A stretch of 64,000 bases of DNA, from assembly GCF_009914755.1 (NCBI RefSeq), contig NC_060946.1; one strand, given 5' to 3'. Position numbers and translations under genes: made by a program. Origin of the DNA: the human T2T-CHM13v2.0 reference genome, Homo sapiens. The notes under the pieces were generated by a model. It worked only from the letters and a program-made list of their open reading frames with translations. It was not told where the DNA came from and made no database searches. Below, piece by piece: positions 1-16,970 of the stretch. Position 1 is the first letter of the stretch. Every line of letters begins with the position of its first letter.

Positions 1-3000
1 CACTCCTAATATCCATTTACAGATTTCACAAAAAGAGTGTTTCCAAACAGCTCAATCAAAAGAAAGTGTTTAACTCTGTGAGGTGAAAGCACACATCTCC
101 AAGAAGTTTCTCAGAAAGCTTCGGTCTACTTTTCATGTGAAGATATTTCCAGTTTCAACGTAGGCCTCAAAGGGCTAAGAAATATCCCTTTCCAGATTCT
201 AAAAGACGACCGTTTCCATACTTCTCAATCCAAAGAAAGGTTAAATTCTCTGAGGTTAATGCCCACGTCAGAATGAAGTTTCTCAGAATTCTCCTGTCTA
301 GTTTCTATGTGAAGATATTTACTATTTCACTATAGGCTTCAAAGGTCTCAAAAATATCCCTTTGCAGATTCTACAAAAATATGGTTTCCACAGTGCTGAA
401 TTAAAAGAAACCTTCAACTCTGTCAGATGAATGGAGACATCACAAAGAAGTTCCTCGGAATGCTTCTGTCTAGTTTAAATGTGAAGATATTTCTCTTTCA
501 CCACAGACCTCAAATGGCTCAGAAATATGCCTTTGCAGATTGCAGAAAAAGACTGTCTCTAAACTGCTCAAATAAAATAAAGTTTCAACACTGTGAGATG
601 AATGCACACATCACAAAGAAGTTTCTCAGAAAGCTTCTGTCTAGTTTTTATGTGAAGATATTTCCTTTTTCAGCATAGTCCTTACACCGCTCACAAATAT
701 CCTTCTGCAGATACTAGAAAAAGACTGTTTCCAAACTGCTCCATCAAAAGAAAATTTCACCTACCTGAGATGAATGCACCCATCATAAAGAAGTTTCTCA
801 GAATTCTTCTGTCTAGATTTTATGTGAAGATATTTCCATTTTCACCTTAGGCCACAAAGCGCTCCACACATCCCTTTGCAGATGATACGAAAAGACTGTT
901 TCCAAACTGCTCAATCAAAAGAAATTTTCAACTCTGTGAGATGAAAGCAACCATCACAAAAAAGTTTCTCAGAAATCTCCTGTCTAGTTTTTATGACAAG
1001 ATAATTCCTATTTTGCCATAGGAATCAAGGGGCTCACAAATATCCCTTTGCAGATTCTACAAAAGTTCTGTTTACAAACCTCTCAATCAAAAGAAACGTT
1101 CAACATTGTGAGATGAATGAACACATCACAAAGAAGTTTCTCAGAATGCTTCTGTCTGGTTACTCTGTGAAGATATTTCTTTTTTCACCACAGTCTTTAA
1201 GCCACTCAAAAATATCTGTCTGCAGACCCTACAAAAAGACTGTTTCCAAACTGGCCCATATAGCATGTTTCAACTATGTGAAATGAATGCACTCATCAAA
1301 GAGAAGTTTCTCAGAATTCTTCTGTCTAGTTTTTATGTGAAGATATTTCCTTCTTCACCGTAGGCCGCAAATTGCTCCAAATATCCATTTGCGGATTCTA
1401 CAGAAAGAATGTTTCCAAACTGGTCAATCAACAGAAAGGCTCAACTCTGTGAGACGAAAGCACACATCACAAAGAAGTTTCTCAGAAAGCTTCTGTCTAC
1501 ATTTTATGTGAAGGTATTTCCCTTGGCACCGTAGGCCTTAAACCACTCACAAACATAACTCCGCTTATACTACCAAGAGACTTTCTCCAAATCGCTAAAT
1601 CAAAAGAAACGTTCAACTCTGTGAGATGAATACACACATCAAAAAGAAGTTTCTCAAAATGCTTCTGTCTAGTTTTCATGTGAAGATGTTTATTTTTCAC
1701 CATTGACCCCAAACGGCTCAGATATATCCCTTTGCAGTTTGTAGGAAAAGAATGTTTCCAAACTGCTCAATGAAAAGAAATGGTCAACTATTAGAGATGA
1801 ATGGAAATGTCACAAAGAGTTTTCTCAAAAAGCTACTGTGTCGTTTTTATGTGAAGACGTTTCCTTTTTCACTCTAGGCCTTAAAATTCTCTAAATATAC
1901 ATTCACAGATTCTACAAAAAGACTGATTCCAAACTGCTCAATCAGAAGAAAGGTTCAATTCCGTGTGACAAACGTGCACATCACAAAGAAATTTGTCAGA
2001 AAGCTTCTGTCTACATTTTACCTGAAGATATTTCATATTTCAACAAAGGCCATAAAGGGCTCACAAATATCCCTTTGCAGATTCTAAGAAAAGACATTTT
2101 CCAAACTCCTCAATCAAAAGAAAGGTTTCACTCTGTGCGATGAATGGACACATCACAAAGAAGTTTCTCAGAAAGCTTCGGTCTACTTTTTATGTGAGGC
2201 TATTTCTTGTTCACCATAGGTCTCAAGCAGCTAAGAAATTTCCCTCTGCAGCTTCTACAAAAGACTGGTTCCAAACTGCTCAACTGAAAGGAAGGTTGAA
2301 TTCTGTGACATGAATTCACACATCACAAAGAGGTTTTTCAGAAATCTTCTGTCTAGTTTTTATGTGAAGATACTTCCTTTTTCACCAAGGGCCTCAAATA
2401 TCTCCAAATATCCATTTGCAGATTCTACAGAAAGACTTCCCAAACTGCTCAATCAAAAGAAAGGTTCAACACAGTGAGATGAAGGCACACATCACAAAGA
2501 AGTTTCTCAGAAATCTCCTGTCTAGCTTTTATGGGAAGATATTTCGTATTTCACCACAGGCCATAAGGGGCTCACAAATATCCCTTTGCAGGTTCTACAA
2601 AAAGACTGTTTCCAAACTGCTCAATCAAAAGAAAGGTTCAACTCTGTGACGTGAATGGACACATCGCAGAAAATTTCTTGGAATGTTTCCGTCTAGTTTT
2701 TATGGGAAGATGTTTCTCTTTCACCATAAGCCTCAAACGGATCAGAATTCTCCCTTTGCAGTTTGTACAATAAGCCTCTTTCCACTCTGCTCAATCAAAA
2801 GAAAGTTTCAACTTTGTGAGGTGAATGCACACATCAAAAGGGAGTTTCTCAGAAAGCTTCTGTTTAGTTTTTACGTGAAGATGTTTCGTTTTTCAACATG
2901 GGCCTCAGAAGCTCTCCAAATATCCATTTGCAGATTCTAGAAAAAGAGTGTTTCCAAACTCCTCAATCAAAAGAAAGTTTCAATTCCGTGAGATGAAAGC

Positions 3001-6000
3001 ACACATCACACCGAAGTTTCTTAGAAAGCTTCTGTCTAGTTTTTATGTGAAGATACTTCACAGTGCATCATAGTACTCAATGGGCTCAGAAATATCCCTT
3101 GGCAGATTCTACAAAGGACTGTTTCAAAACTGCTCAATTCAAAGAAAGTTTCAACTATGTGAGATGAATGCACACATCACAAAGAAGTTCCTCAGAATGC
3201 TTCTGTCTAGTTTATATGTGAAGAAGATTCCTATTTCACCATAGGCAATAAAGGGCTCGCAAATATTTTTTGCAGATTCTACAAAAAGACTGTATCCAAA
3301 CTGCTCAATAAAAAGAAAGTTTTAACTCTGTTTGATTAATGGACACATCGAAAAGTAGTTTTTCAGAAAACTTCTGTTTAGTTTTTACGTGAAGATATTT
3401 CCTTTGTCACAATTGGCCTCAAAGCCCTCCTAATATCCATTTACAGATTTCACAAAAAGAGTGTTTCCAAACAGCTCAATCAAAAGAAAGTGTTTAACTC
3501 TGTGAGGTGAAAGCACACATCTCAAAGAAGTTTCTCAGAAAGCTTCGGTCTACTTTTCATGTGAAGATATTTCCAGTTTTACCGTTGGCCTCAAAGGGCG
3601 AAGAAATATCCCTTTCCAGATTCTAAGACGACCGTTTCCATACTTCTCAATCAAAAGAAAGGTTAAATTCTCTGAGGTTAATGCCCACGTCAGAATGAAG
3701 TTTCTCAGAATTCTCCTGTCTAGTTTCTATGTGAAGATATTTACTATTTCACTATAGGCTTCAAAGGTCTCAAAAATATCCCTTTGCAGATTCTACAAAA
3801 ATATGGTTTCCACAGTGCTGAATTAAAAGAAACCTTCAACTCTGTCAGATGAATGGAGACATCACAAAGAAGTTCCTCGGAATGCTTCTGTCTAGTTTAA
3901 ATGTGAAGATATTTCTCTTTCACCACAGACCTCAAATGGCTCAGAAATATGCCTTTGCAGATTGCAGAAAAAGACTGTCTCTAAACTGCTCAAATAAAAT
4001 AAAGTTTCAACACTGTGAGATGAATGCACACATCACAAAGAAGTTTCTCAGAAAGCTTCTGTCTAGTTTTTATGTGAAGATATTTCCTTTTTCACCATAG
4101 TCCTTACACCGCTCACAAATATCCTTCTGCAGATACTAGAAAAAGACTGTTTCCAAACTGCTCCATCAAAAGAAAATTTCACCTACCTGAGATGAATGCA
4201 CACATCATAAAGAAGTTTCTCAGAATTCTTCTGTCTAGATTTTATGTGAAGATATTTCCATTTTCACCTTAGGCCACAGAGCGCTCCACACATCCCTTTG
4301 CAGATGATACGAAAAGACTGTTTCCAAACTGCTCAATCAAAAGAAATTTTCAACTCTGTGAGATGAAAGCACCCATCACAAAAAAGTTTCTCAGAAATCT
4401 CCTGTCTAGTTTTTATCTCAAGATAATTCCTATTTTGCCATAGGAATCAAGGGGCTCACAAATATCCCTTTGCAGATTCTACAAAAGTTCTGTTTACAAA
4501 CCTCTCAAACAAAAGAAACGTTCAACATTGTGAGATGAATGAACACATCACAAAGAAGTTTCTCAGAATGCTTCTGTCTGGTTACTCTGTGAAGATATTT
4601 CTTTTTTCACCACAGTCTTTAAGCCACTCAAAAATATCTGTCTGCAGACACTACAAAAAGACTGTTTCCAAACTGGCCCATATAGCATGTTTCAACTATG
4701 TGAAATGAATGCACTCATCAAAGAGAAGTTTCTCAGAATTCTTCTGTCTAGTTTTTATGTGAAGATATTTCCTTCTTCACCGTAGGCCGCAAATTGCTCC
4801 AAATATCCATTTGCGGATTCTACAGAAAGAATGTTTCCAAACTGGTCCATCAACAGAAAGGCTCAACTCTGTGAGACGAAAGCACACATCACAAAGAAGT
4901 TTCTCAGAAAGCTTCTGTCTACATTTTATGTGAAGGTATTTCCTTTGGCACGGTAGGCCTTAAACCACTCACAAACATAACTCCGCTTATACTACCAAGA
5001 GACTTTCTCCAAATTGCTAAATCAAAAGAAACGTTCAACTCTGTGAGATGAATACACACATCAAAAAGAAGTTTCTCAAAATGCTTCTGTCTAGTTTTCA
5101 TGTGAAGATGTTTATTTTTCACCATTGGCCCCAAACGGCTCAGAAATATCCCTTTGCAGTTTGTAGGAAAAGACTGTTTCCAAACTGCTCAATGAAAAGA
5201 AATGGTCAACTATTAGAGATGAATGGAAATGTCACAAAGAGTTTTCTCAAAATGCTACTGCGTCGTTTTTATGTGAAGACGTTTCCTTTTTCACTCTAGG
5301 CCTTAAAACTCTCTAAATATACATTCACAGATTCTACAAAAAGACTGATTCCAAACTGCTCAATCAGAAGAAAGGTTCAGTTCCGTGTGACAAACGTGCA
5401 CATCACAAAGAAATTTGTCAGAAAGCTTCTGTCTACTTTTTATGTGAAGATATTTCATATTTCAACAAAGGCCATAAAGGGCTCACAAATATGCCTTTGC
5501 AGATTCTAAGAAAAGACATTTTCCAAACTCCTCAATCAAAAGACAGGTTTCACTCTGTGCGATGAATGGACACATCACAAAGAAGTTTCTCAGAAAGCTT
5601 CTGTCTAGTTTTTATGTGAGGCTATTTCTTGTTCACCATAGGCCTCAAGCAGCTAAGAAATTTCCCTCTGCAGCTTCTACAAAAGACTGTTTCCTAACTG
5701 CTCAACTGAAAGGAAGGTTGAATTCTGTGACATGAATTCACACATCACAAAGAGGTTTTTCAGAAATCTTCTGTCTAGTTTTTATGTGAAGATACTTCCT
5801 TTTTCACCACGGGCCTCAAATATCTCCAAATATCCATTTGCAGATTCTACAGAAAGACTTCCCAAACTGCTCAATGAAAAGAAAGGTTCAACACAGTGAG
5901 ATGAAGGCACACATCACAAAGAAGTTTCTCAGAAATCTCCTGTCTAGTTTTTATGTGAAGATATTTCGTATTTCACCACAGGCCATAAGGGGCTCACAAA

Positions 6001-7765
6001 TATCCCTTTGCAGGTTCCACAGAAAGACTGTTGCCAAACTGCTCAATCAAAAGAAAGGTTCAACTCTGTGACGTGAATGTACACATCACAAACAATTTCT
6101 TGGAATGATTCCGTCTAGTTTTTATGGGAAGATATTTCTCTTTCACCATAAGCCTCAAACGGATCAGAATTCTCCCTTTGCAGTTTGTACAATAAGCCTC
6201 TTTCCACTCTGCTCAATCAAAAGAAAGTTTCAACTCTGTGAGGTGAATGCACACATTACAATGGAGTTTCTCAGAAAGCTTCTGTTTTTTTTTACGTGAA
6301 GATGTTTCATTTTTCAACATGGGCCTCAAAAGCTCTCCAAATATCCATTTGCAGATTCTAGAAAAGGAGTGTTTCCAAACTCCTCAATCAAAAGAAAGTT
6401 TCAATTCTGTGAGATGAAAGCACACATCACAACGAAGTTTCTTAGAAAGCTTCTGTCTAGTTTTTATGTGAAGATACTTCACATTGCAGCATAGTACTCA
6501 ATGGGCTCAGAAATATCCCTTGGCAGATTCTACAAAAGGACTGTTTCAAAACTGCTCAATCCAAAGAAAGTTTCAGCTATGTGAGATGAATGCACACATC
6601 ACAAAGAAGTTCCTCAGAATGCTTCTGTCTAGTTTATATGTGAAGAAGATTCCTATTTCACCATAGGCAATTAAGGGCTCACAAATATTTTTTTCAGATT
6701 CTACAAAAAGACTGTATCCAAACTGCTCAATAAAAAGAAAGTTTTAACTCTGTTAGATTAATGGACACATCGAAAAGTAGTTTCTCAGAAAACTTCTGTT
6801 TAGTTTTTATGTGAAGATATTTCCTTTGTCACCATTGGCCTCAAAGCACTCCTAATATCCATTTACAGATTTCACAAAAAGAGTGTTTCCAAACAGCTCA
6901 ATCAAAAGAAAGTGTTTATCTCTGTGAGGTGAAAGCACACATCTCAAAGAAGTTTTTCCGAAAGCTTCGGTCTACTTTTCATGTGAAGATATTTCCAGTT
7001 TCACCGTAGGCCTCAAAGGGCTAAGAAATATCCCTTTCCAGATTCTAAAAGACGACCGTTTCCATACTTCTCAATCCAAAGAAAGGTTAAATTCTCTGAG
7101 GTTAATGCCCACGTCAGAATGAAGTTTCTCAGAATTCTCCTGTCTAGTTTCTATGTGAAGATATTTACTATTTCACTATAGGCTTCAAAGGTCTCAAAAA
7201 TATCCCTTTGCAGATTCTACAAAAATATGGTTTCCACAGTGCTGAATTAAAAGAAACCTTCAACTCTGTCAGATGAATGGAGACATCACAAAGAAGTTCC
7301 TCGGAATGCTTCTGTCTAGTTTAAATGTGAAGATATTGCTTTTTCACCACAGACCTCAAATGGCTCAGAAATATGCCTTTGCAGATTGCAGAAAAAGACT
7401 GTCTCTAAACTGCTCAAATAAAATAAAGTTTCAACACTGTGGGATGAATGCACACATCACAAAGAAGTTTCTCAGAAAGCTTCTGTCTACTTTTTATGTG
7501 AAGATATTTCCTTTTTCAGCATAGTCCTTACACCGCTGACAAATATCCTTCTGCAGATACTAGAAAAAGACTGTTTCCAAACTGCTCCATCAAAAGAAAA
7601 TTTCACCTACCTGAGATGAATGCACACATCATAAAGTAATTTCTCAGAATTCTTCTGTCTAGATTTTATGTGAAGATATTTCCATTTTCACCTTAGGCCA
7701 CAAAGCGCTCCAAACATCCCTTTGCAGATGATACAAAAAGACTGTTTCCAAACTGCTCAATCAAA
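1..7765. repeat. Alpha-satellite HOR array end, ~3,423-bp period (20 x ~171 bp), about 2.3 copies
   Basis: 171-bp monomers (...AAAAGAAAGGTTCAACTCTGTGAGATGAATGCACACATCACAAAGAAGTTTCTCAGAA...). The opening sequence CACTCCTAATATCCATTTACAGA recurs at 3425 and 6847. Near-identical ORFs start at 427/3849/7273 (offsets 3422, 3424). Identity to copy 1 is lost at ~7765. No CENP-B box seen by eye. Confidence 0.95.
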
Positions 7766-10700
7766 AGGAAGGTTCAACTCTGTGACGTGAATGGACACAT
7801 CACAAAGAAGTTTCTCAGAATGCTTCTGTCTAGTTTTTATGTGCAGATATTTCGTTTTCACCATATGCCTAAAATGGCTCAGAAATATCCCTTTGCAGAT
7901 TGTACAAAAAGACTGTTTCCAAGCTGCTCAGCCAAAAGAATCATTCATCTCTGTGAAATGAAAGCACACATCACAAAGAGGTTTCTCAAAATGCTTCTGT
8001 CTAGTTTTTATGTGAATATATTTCCTTTTAAAACATAGGCCTCAATGCTCTCCAAATATCCTTTTGTAAATTCTTCCAAAGACTGTTTCCAAAGTGGTCA
8101 ATCAACAGAAGGTTTCAGTTCTGTAGGATGAAAGCACACATCACAAACAAGTTTCTCAGAAAGCTTCTGTCTAGTATTTATATGAAGATATTTCCTATTT
8201 CACCTTAGGCCTCAATGGGATCACAAATATCCATTTGCCGATTCTACAAAAAGACTCTTTCTGAACTGCTCAATGAAAAGAAAGTTTCAACCCTCTGAGG
8301 TGAATGCACAGATATGAAAGAAGTTTCTCAGAATGCTTGTGTCTAGTTTTTATGTGAAATTATTTCTTTTTCACCATAGGCCTCAAACCACTCAGAAATA
8401 TTCCTTTGCAGTTTGCACAAAAATAACGTTTCCGAACTCCTCAATGAAGAGAAAGGTTCAACTCTTTGAGATGAATGCAAATATCACAAAGTGTTATCTA
8501 AAAAAGCTTCTGTCTTGTTTTTATGTGAAGATATTTAGTTTTTCACAGTAGGCCTCAAACAGCTCACAAATATACCTTTGCGGATTCTACAAAATGACTT
8601 GTTCCCAAACTGCTCAATGGAAAGAGAGGTTTGAATCTGTGAGATGAAAGCACGCATCATGAAGAAGTTTCTCAGAAAGTTTCTATCTAGTTATTGTGTG
8701 CAGATACTTCCTTTTTCACCTTATGCCTAAAAATGCTCCAAATATCTGTTTACACGTTCTACAAAAAGAGTGTTTCCAAACTGCTCAATCAAAGGAAAGT
8801 TTCAACTCTGTGACATGAAAGCACACATCACAAGGAAGTTTCTCAGAATGCTTCTCTCTAGTTATTATTTGAAGATATTCCCTATTTTACTATAGGACTC
8901 AAAGGACTCAGAAATATCCCTTTGCAGACTCTACAAAAAGACTGTATCCAAACTGCTCCATCAAAAAAAAGTTCAACTCTGTGAGATGAAAGCACGCATC
9001 ACAAAGAAGTTTCTCAGAAAGCTTTTGTCTAGTTTTTATGTGAAGATATTTCCTATTTCACCATAGTCCTCAAAGGACTCAGAAATATCCCTTTGCAGAT
9101 TCTATGAAAATATGGTTTCTGAACTTCTCAATGAAATGAAAGCTTCAACTCTGTGGGTTGAATGCACACATCACAAAGAAGTTTCCAAGAATGCTTCTGT
9201 CTAATTTTTATATGAAGATATTTCATTTTCACCACAGGCCTCAAATCACTCAGAAATATCCTTTTACAGATTGTGCAAAAAGACTGTTTCCAAACTGCTC
9301 AATGAAAAGGAAGATTCGACTCTGTGAAATGAATGCAAACATCACAAAGAGGTTTCTCAAAAATCTTCTGTATGGTTTTTATGTGAAGGTATTTCCTTTT
9401 TCACCATAGGCCACAAACCGCTAACAATATCCCTTTGCAGATACTCCAAAAAGACTGCTTGCAAACTGCTCAATGAAAAGAAAGGTTAAACATTGTCACA
9501 CATCACAAAGACATTTCTCAGAATTCTTTTGTCTTGTTTTATGTGAAGAAGTTTCGTTTTTCACCATAGGCCTCAAAGTGCTCCAAATATCCATTTGCAG
9601 ATTCTACGAAAAGACTTTTTCCAAATTGCTCAATCAAAAGAATGGTTCAACTCTGTGTGATGAATGCACACATCACAAAGAAGTTTCTCAGAAAACTTCT
9701 GTTTAGTTTTTATGTGAAGATATTTCCTTTTTCATCATGGGCCTCAAAGTGCTCCAAATATCCACTTGCAGAATCTACAAAAAGATTGTTTTCAAACTGC
9801 TTAATCACAAGAAAGTTTCAACTCTGTGAGACGAAAGCACACTTCACAAAGGAGTTTCTTAGAAACCTTCTATCTAGTTTTTATGTGAAGATATTTCATA
9901 TTTCAAAATAGGTCTCAATGGGCTCTGAAGTATACTCTTGCAGATGCTACAAAAAGAGTGTTTCCAAAAAGCTCAATCAAAAGAAAGGTTTAGCACTGTC
10001 AGATGAATGCGCACATTACAAGAAGTCTCTCAGAATGCTTCTGTATACTTTTTTTGAGAAGCCATTTCCTTTTTCACCATAGGCCTCAGTCCACTCACTA
10101 ATAGCCCACTGCAGATATTAAAAAAGACTCTTTCCAAACTGCTCAATCAAAATAAAGCTTCAAATCTGTGAGATTAAAGCCCACGTCACAAAGAAGTTTC
10201 TCAGAATGTTTCTGTCTACTTTTTATGTGAAGATATTTCCTATTTCACCTTAGGCCTCAAAGAGATTAAAAATATCCCTTTTCAGATTCTACAAAAAACT
10301 GTTTCCGAACTGCCTCATCAAAAGAAAGGTTCAACTCTGTGAGATCAATGCACACATAAAAAAATTAGTTTCTCAGAATGCTTCTGTCTAGTTTTTATGC
10401 GAATATATTACTTTTTCACCATAGGTCTCAAACTGCAAACAAATATTTCTTTGCAGATTGCACAAAAAGTATGATTCCACACTGCTCAATGAATAAAAAG
10501 GTTCAACTCAGTGAGATGAATGCAAACATCACAAAGAGTTATCTCAAAATGCTTCTCTCTAGGTTTTAGGTGAAGATATTTACTTTTTCACCATAGGCCT
10601 CAAACCACTCACAAATATCCCTTTGCAGATTCTACAAAATGACTTGTTGCCAAACTGCTCAATGAAAACAAGGTCCAACTCTGTGAGATGAAAGGACACA

Positions 10701-10907
10701 TCACAAAGATGTTTCTCAGAAAGTTTCCATCAAGTTTTAATATGCAGATATTTTCTTTTTCACCATAGGCCTCAAAGCACTCCAAATATCCATTTGCAAG
10801 TTCTACAAAAAGAGTGTTTCCAAACTGCTCAATCAAAAGAGAGGTTCAACTCTGTGAGGTGAAAGCACACAGCACAAAGAAGATTTACCGAAAGCTTCTG
10901 TCTAGTT
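7766..10907. repeat. Divergent/monomeric alpha satellite
   Basis: The 171-bp monomers continue in the same orientation but without the near-identical 3.4-kb periodicity. Confidence 0.93.
10895..10907 (+). repeat. Target-site duplication of the full-length L1, left copy (CTTCTGTCTAGTT)
   Basis: Identical 13-mer at 16958-16970. It is alpha-satellite sequence, and the monomer resumes in phase after the L1. Confidence 0.9.
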
Positions 10908-10950
10908 ATTTATTTATTTATTTATTTATTTATTATTTATTTATTTATTA
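10908..10950 (-). repeat. L1 poly(A) tail converted to a (TAAA)n microsatellite
   Basis: (ATTT)n run on the plus strand between the TSD and the L1 3'UTR. Confidence 0.9.
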
Positions 10951-11151
10951 TACTTTAAGTTTTAGGGTACATGTGCACATTGTGCAGGTTAGTTACATAC
11001 GTATACATGTGGCATGCTGGTGTGCTGCACCCAGTAACTCGTCATCTAGCATTAGGTATATCTCCCAATGCTATCCCTCCCCCCTCCCCCCACCCCTCCA
11101 CCGTCCCCAGAGTGTGATGTTCCCTTTCCTGTGTCCATGTGTTCTCATTGT

Positions 11152-14973
<3,822 letters not shown>

Positions 14974-15036
14974 TATGATGTTAGCTGGTTATTTTGTTCG
15001 TTAGTTGATGCAGGTTCTTCCTAGTCACGATGGTCT

Positions 15037-16053
15037 TTACATTTTAGCATGATTTTGCAGTGGCTGGTACCGGTTGTTCCTTTCCATGTTTAGCGCTTCC
15101 TTCAGGAGCTCTTTTAGGGCAGGCCTGGTGGTGACAAAATCTCTCAGCATTTGCTTGTCTGTAAAGTATTTTATTTCTCCTTCACTTATGAAGCTTAGTT
15201 TGGCTGGATATGAAATTCTGGGTTGAAAATTATTTTCTTTAAGAATGTTGAATATTGGCCCCCACTCTCTTCTGGCTTGTAGGGTTTCTGCCGAGAGATC
15301 CGCTGTTAGTCTGATGGGCTTCCCTTTGAGGGTAACCCGACCTTTCTCTCTGGCTGCCCTTAACATTTTTTCCTTCATTTCAACTTTGGTGAATCTGACA
15401 ATTATGTGTCTTGGAGTTGCTCTTCTCGAGGAGTATCTTTGTGGCGTTCTCTGTATTTCCTGAATCTGAACATTGGCCTGCCTTGCTACATTGGGGAAAT
15501 TCTCCTGGATAATATCCTGCAGAGTGTTTTCGAACTTGGTTCCATTCTCCCCATCACTTTCAGGTACACCAATCAGACTTAGATTTGGTCTTTTCACATA
15601 GTCCCATATTTCTTGGAGGCTTTGCTCATTTCTTTTTATTCTTTTTTCTCTAAACTTTCCTTCTCACTTCATTTCACTCATTTCATCTTCCATCGCTGAT
15701 ACCCTTTCTTCCCGTTGATCGCATCGGCTCCTGAGGCTTCTGCATTCTTCATGTGGTTCTTGAGCCTTGGTTTTCAGCTCCATCAGCTCCTTTAAGCACT
15801 TCTCTGTATTGGTTATTCTAGTTATACATTCTTCTAATTTTTTTTCAAAGTTTTCATCTTCTTTGCCTTTGGTTTGAATGTCCTCCCGTAGCTCAGAGTA
15901 ATTTGATCGTCTGAAACCTTCTTCTCTCAACTTGTCAAAGTCATTCTCCGTCCAGCTTTGTTCCGTTGCTGGTGAGGAGCTGCCTTCCTTTGGAGGAGGA
16001 GAGGCACTCTGATTTTTAGAGTTTCCAGTTTTTCTGTTCTGCTTTTTCCCCAT
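15037..16053 (-). pseudogene. L1 ORF1p (RNA-binding chaperone) with one premature stop
   Basis: MGKKQNRKTGNSKNQSASPPPKE...RYQPLQNHAKM. The span is 1017 nt (338 codons plus stop) and both ORF-track pieces are in the same frame. TGA at 15664-15666 replaces Arg CGA (CpG decay, codon 130). Confidence 0.95.
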
Positions 16054-16952
16054 CTTTGTGGTTTTATCTACTTTTGGTCTTTGATGATGGTGATGTACAG
16101 ATGGGTTTTTGGTGTGGATGTCCTTTCTGTTTGTTAGTTTTCCTTCTAACAGACAGGACCCTCAGCTGCAGGTCTGTTGGAGTACCCTGCAGTGTGAGGT
16201 GTCAGTGTGCCCCTGCTGGAGGGTGCCTCCCAGTTAGGCTGCTCAGGGGTCAGGGTTCAGGGAACCACTTGAGGAGGCAGTCTGCCAGTTCTCAGATCTC
16301 CAGCTGCATACTGGGAGAACCACTGCTCTCTTCAAAGCTGTCAGACAGGGACATTTAAGTCTGCAGAGGTTACTGCTGTCTTTTTGTTTGTATGTGTCCT
16401 GCGCCCAGAGGTGGAGCCTGCAGAGGCACGCAGGCCTCCTTGAGCTGTGGTGGGCTCCACCCAATTCGAGCTTCCTGGCTGCTTTGTTTACCTAAGCAAG
16501 CCTGGGCAATGGTGCTCGCCCCTCCACCAACCTCGCTGCCGCCTTGCAGTTTGATCTCAGACTGCTATGCTAGCAATCAGCGAGGCTCCATGGGGTAGGA
16601 CTCTCCGAGCCAAGTGTGGGATATAATCTCGTGGTGTGCCGTTTTTTAAGCCGGTCGGAAAAGCGCAGTATTCGGGTGGGAGTGACCCGATTTTCCAGGT
16701 GCCGTCCGTCACCCCTTTCTTTGATTAGGAAAGAAAACTCCCTGACCCCTTGCACTTCCCGAGTGAGGCAATACCTCGTCTTGCTTCAGCTCGTGCACAT
16801 TGCATGCACCCACTGACCTGCACCCACTGTCTGGCACTCCCTAGTGAGATGAACCCGGTACCTCAGATGGAAATGCAGAAATCTCCCGTCTTCTGTGTCA
16901 CTCAGGCTGGGAGCTGTAGACCGGAGTTGTTCCTATTCGGCCATCTTGACTC
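16054..16952 (-). promoter_or_regulatory. L1 5'UTR internal Pol II promoter with YY1 site; also carries the antisense promoter
   Basis: Canonical L1PA 5'UTR. The YY1 motif CAAGATGGCC (plus strand GGCCATCTTG, ~16939-16948) is intact. Activity is not demonstrable from sequence. Confidence 0.8.
16509..16725 (+). pseudogene. L1 ORF0 remnant (antisense ORF of the 5'UTR), frameshifted
   Basis: ATG at 16509 gives MVLAPPPTSLPPCSLISDCYASNQRGSMG*, homologous to ORF0 MAGAPPPASLPPCSLISDCCASNQRDSVG. The remainder (GYNLVVCRFLSRSEKRSIRVGVTRFSRC) continues in another frame. Confidence 0.75.
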
Positions 16953-16957
16953 TGGTT

Positions 16958-16970
16958 CTTCTGTCTAGTT
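16958..16970 (+). repeat. Target-site duplication of the full-length L1, right copy (CTTCTGTCTAGTT)
   Basis: Matches 10895-10907. The minus-strand context ...CATAT/AAAAACTAG is a degenerate L1 endonuclease TT/AAAA site. Confidence 0.9.
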
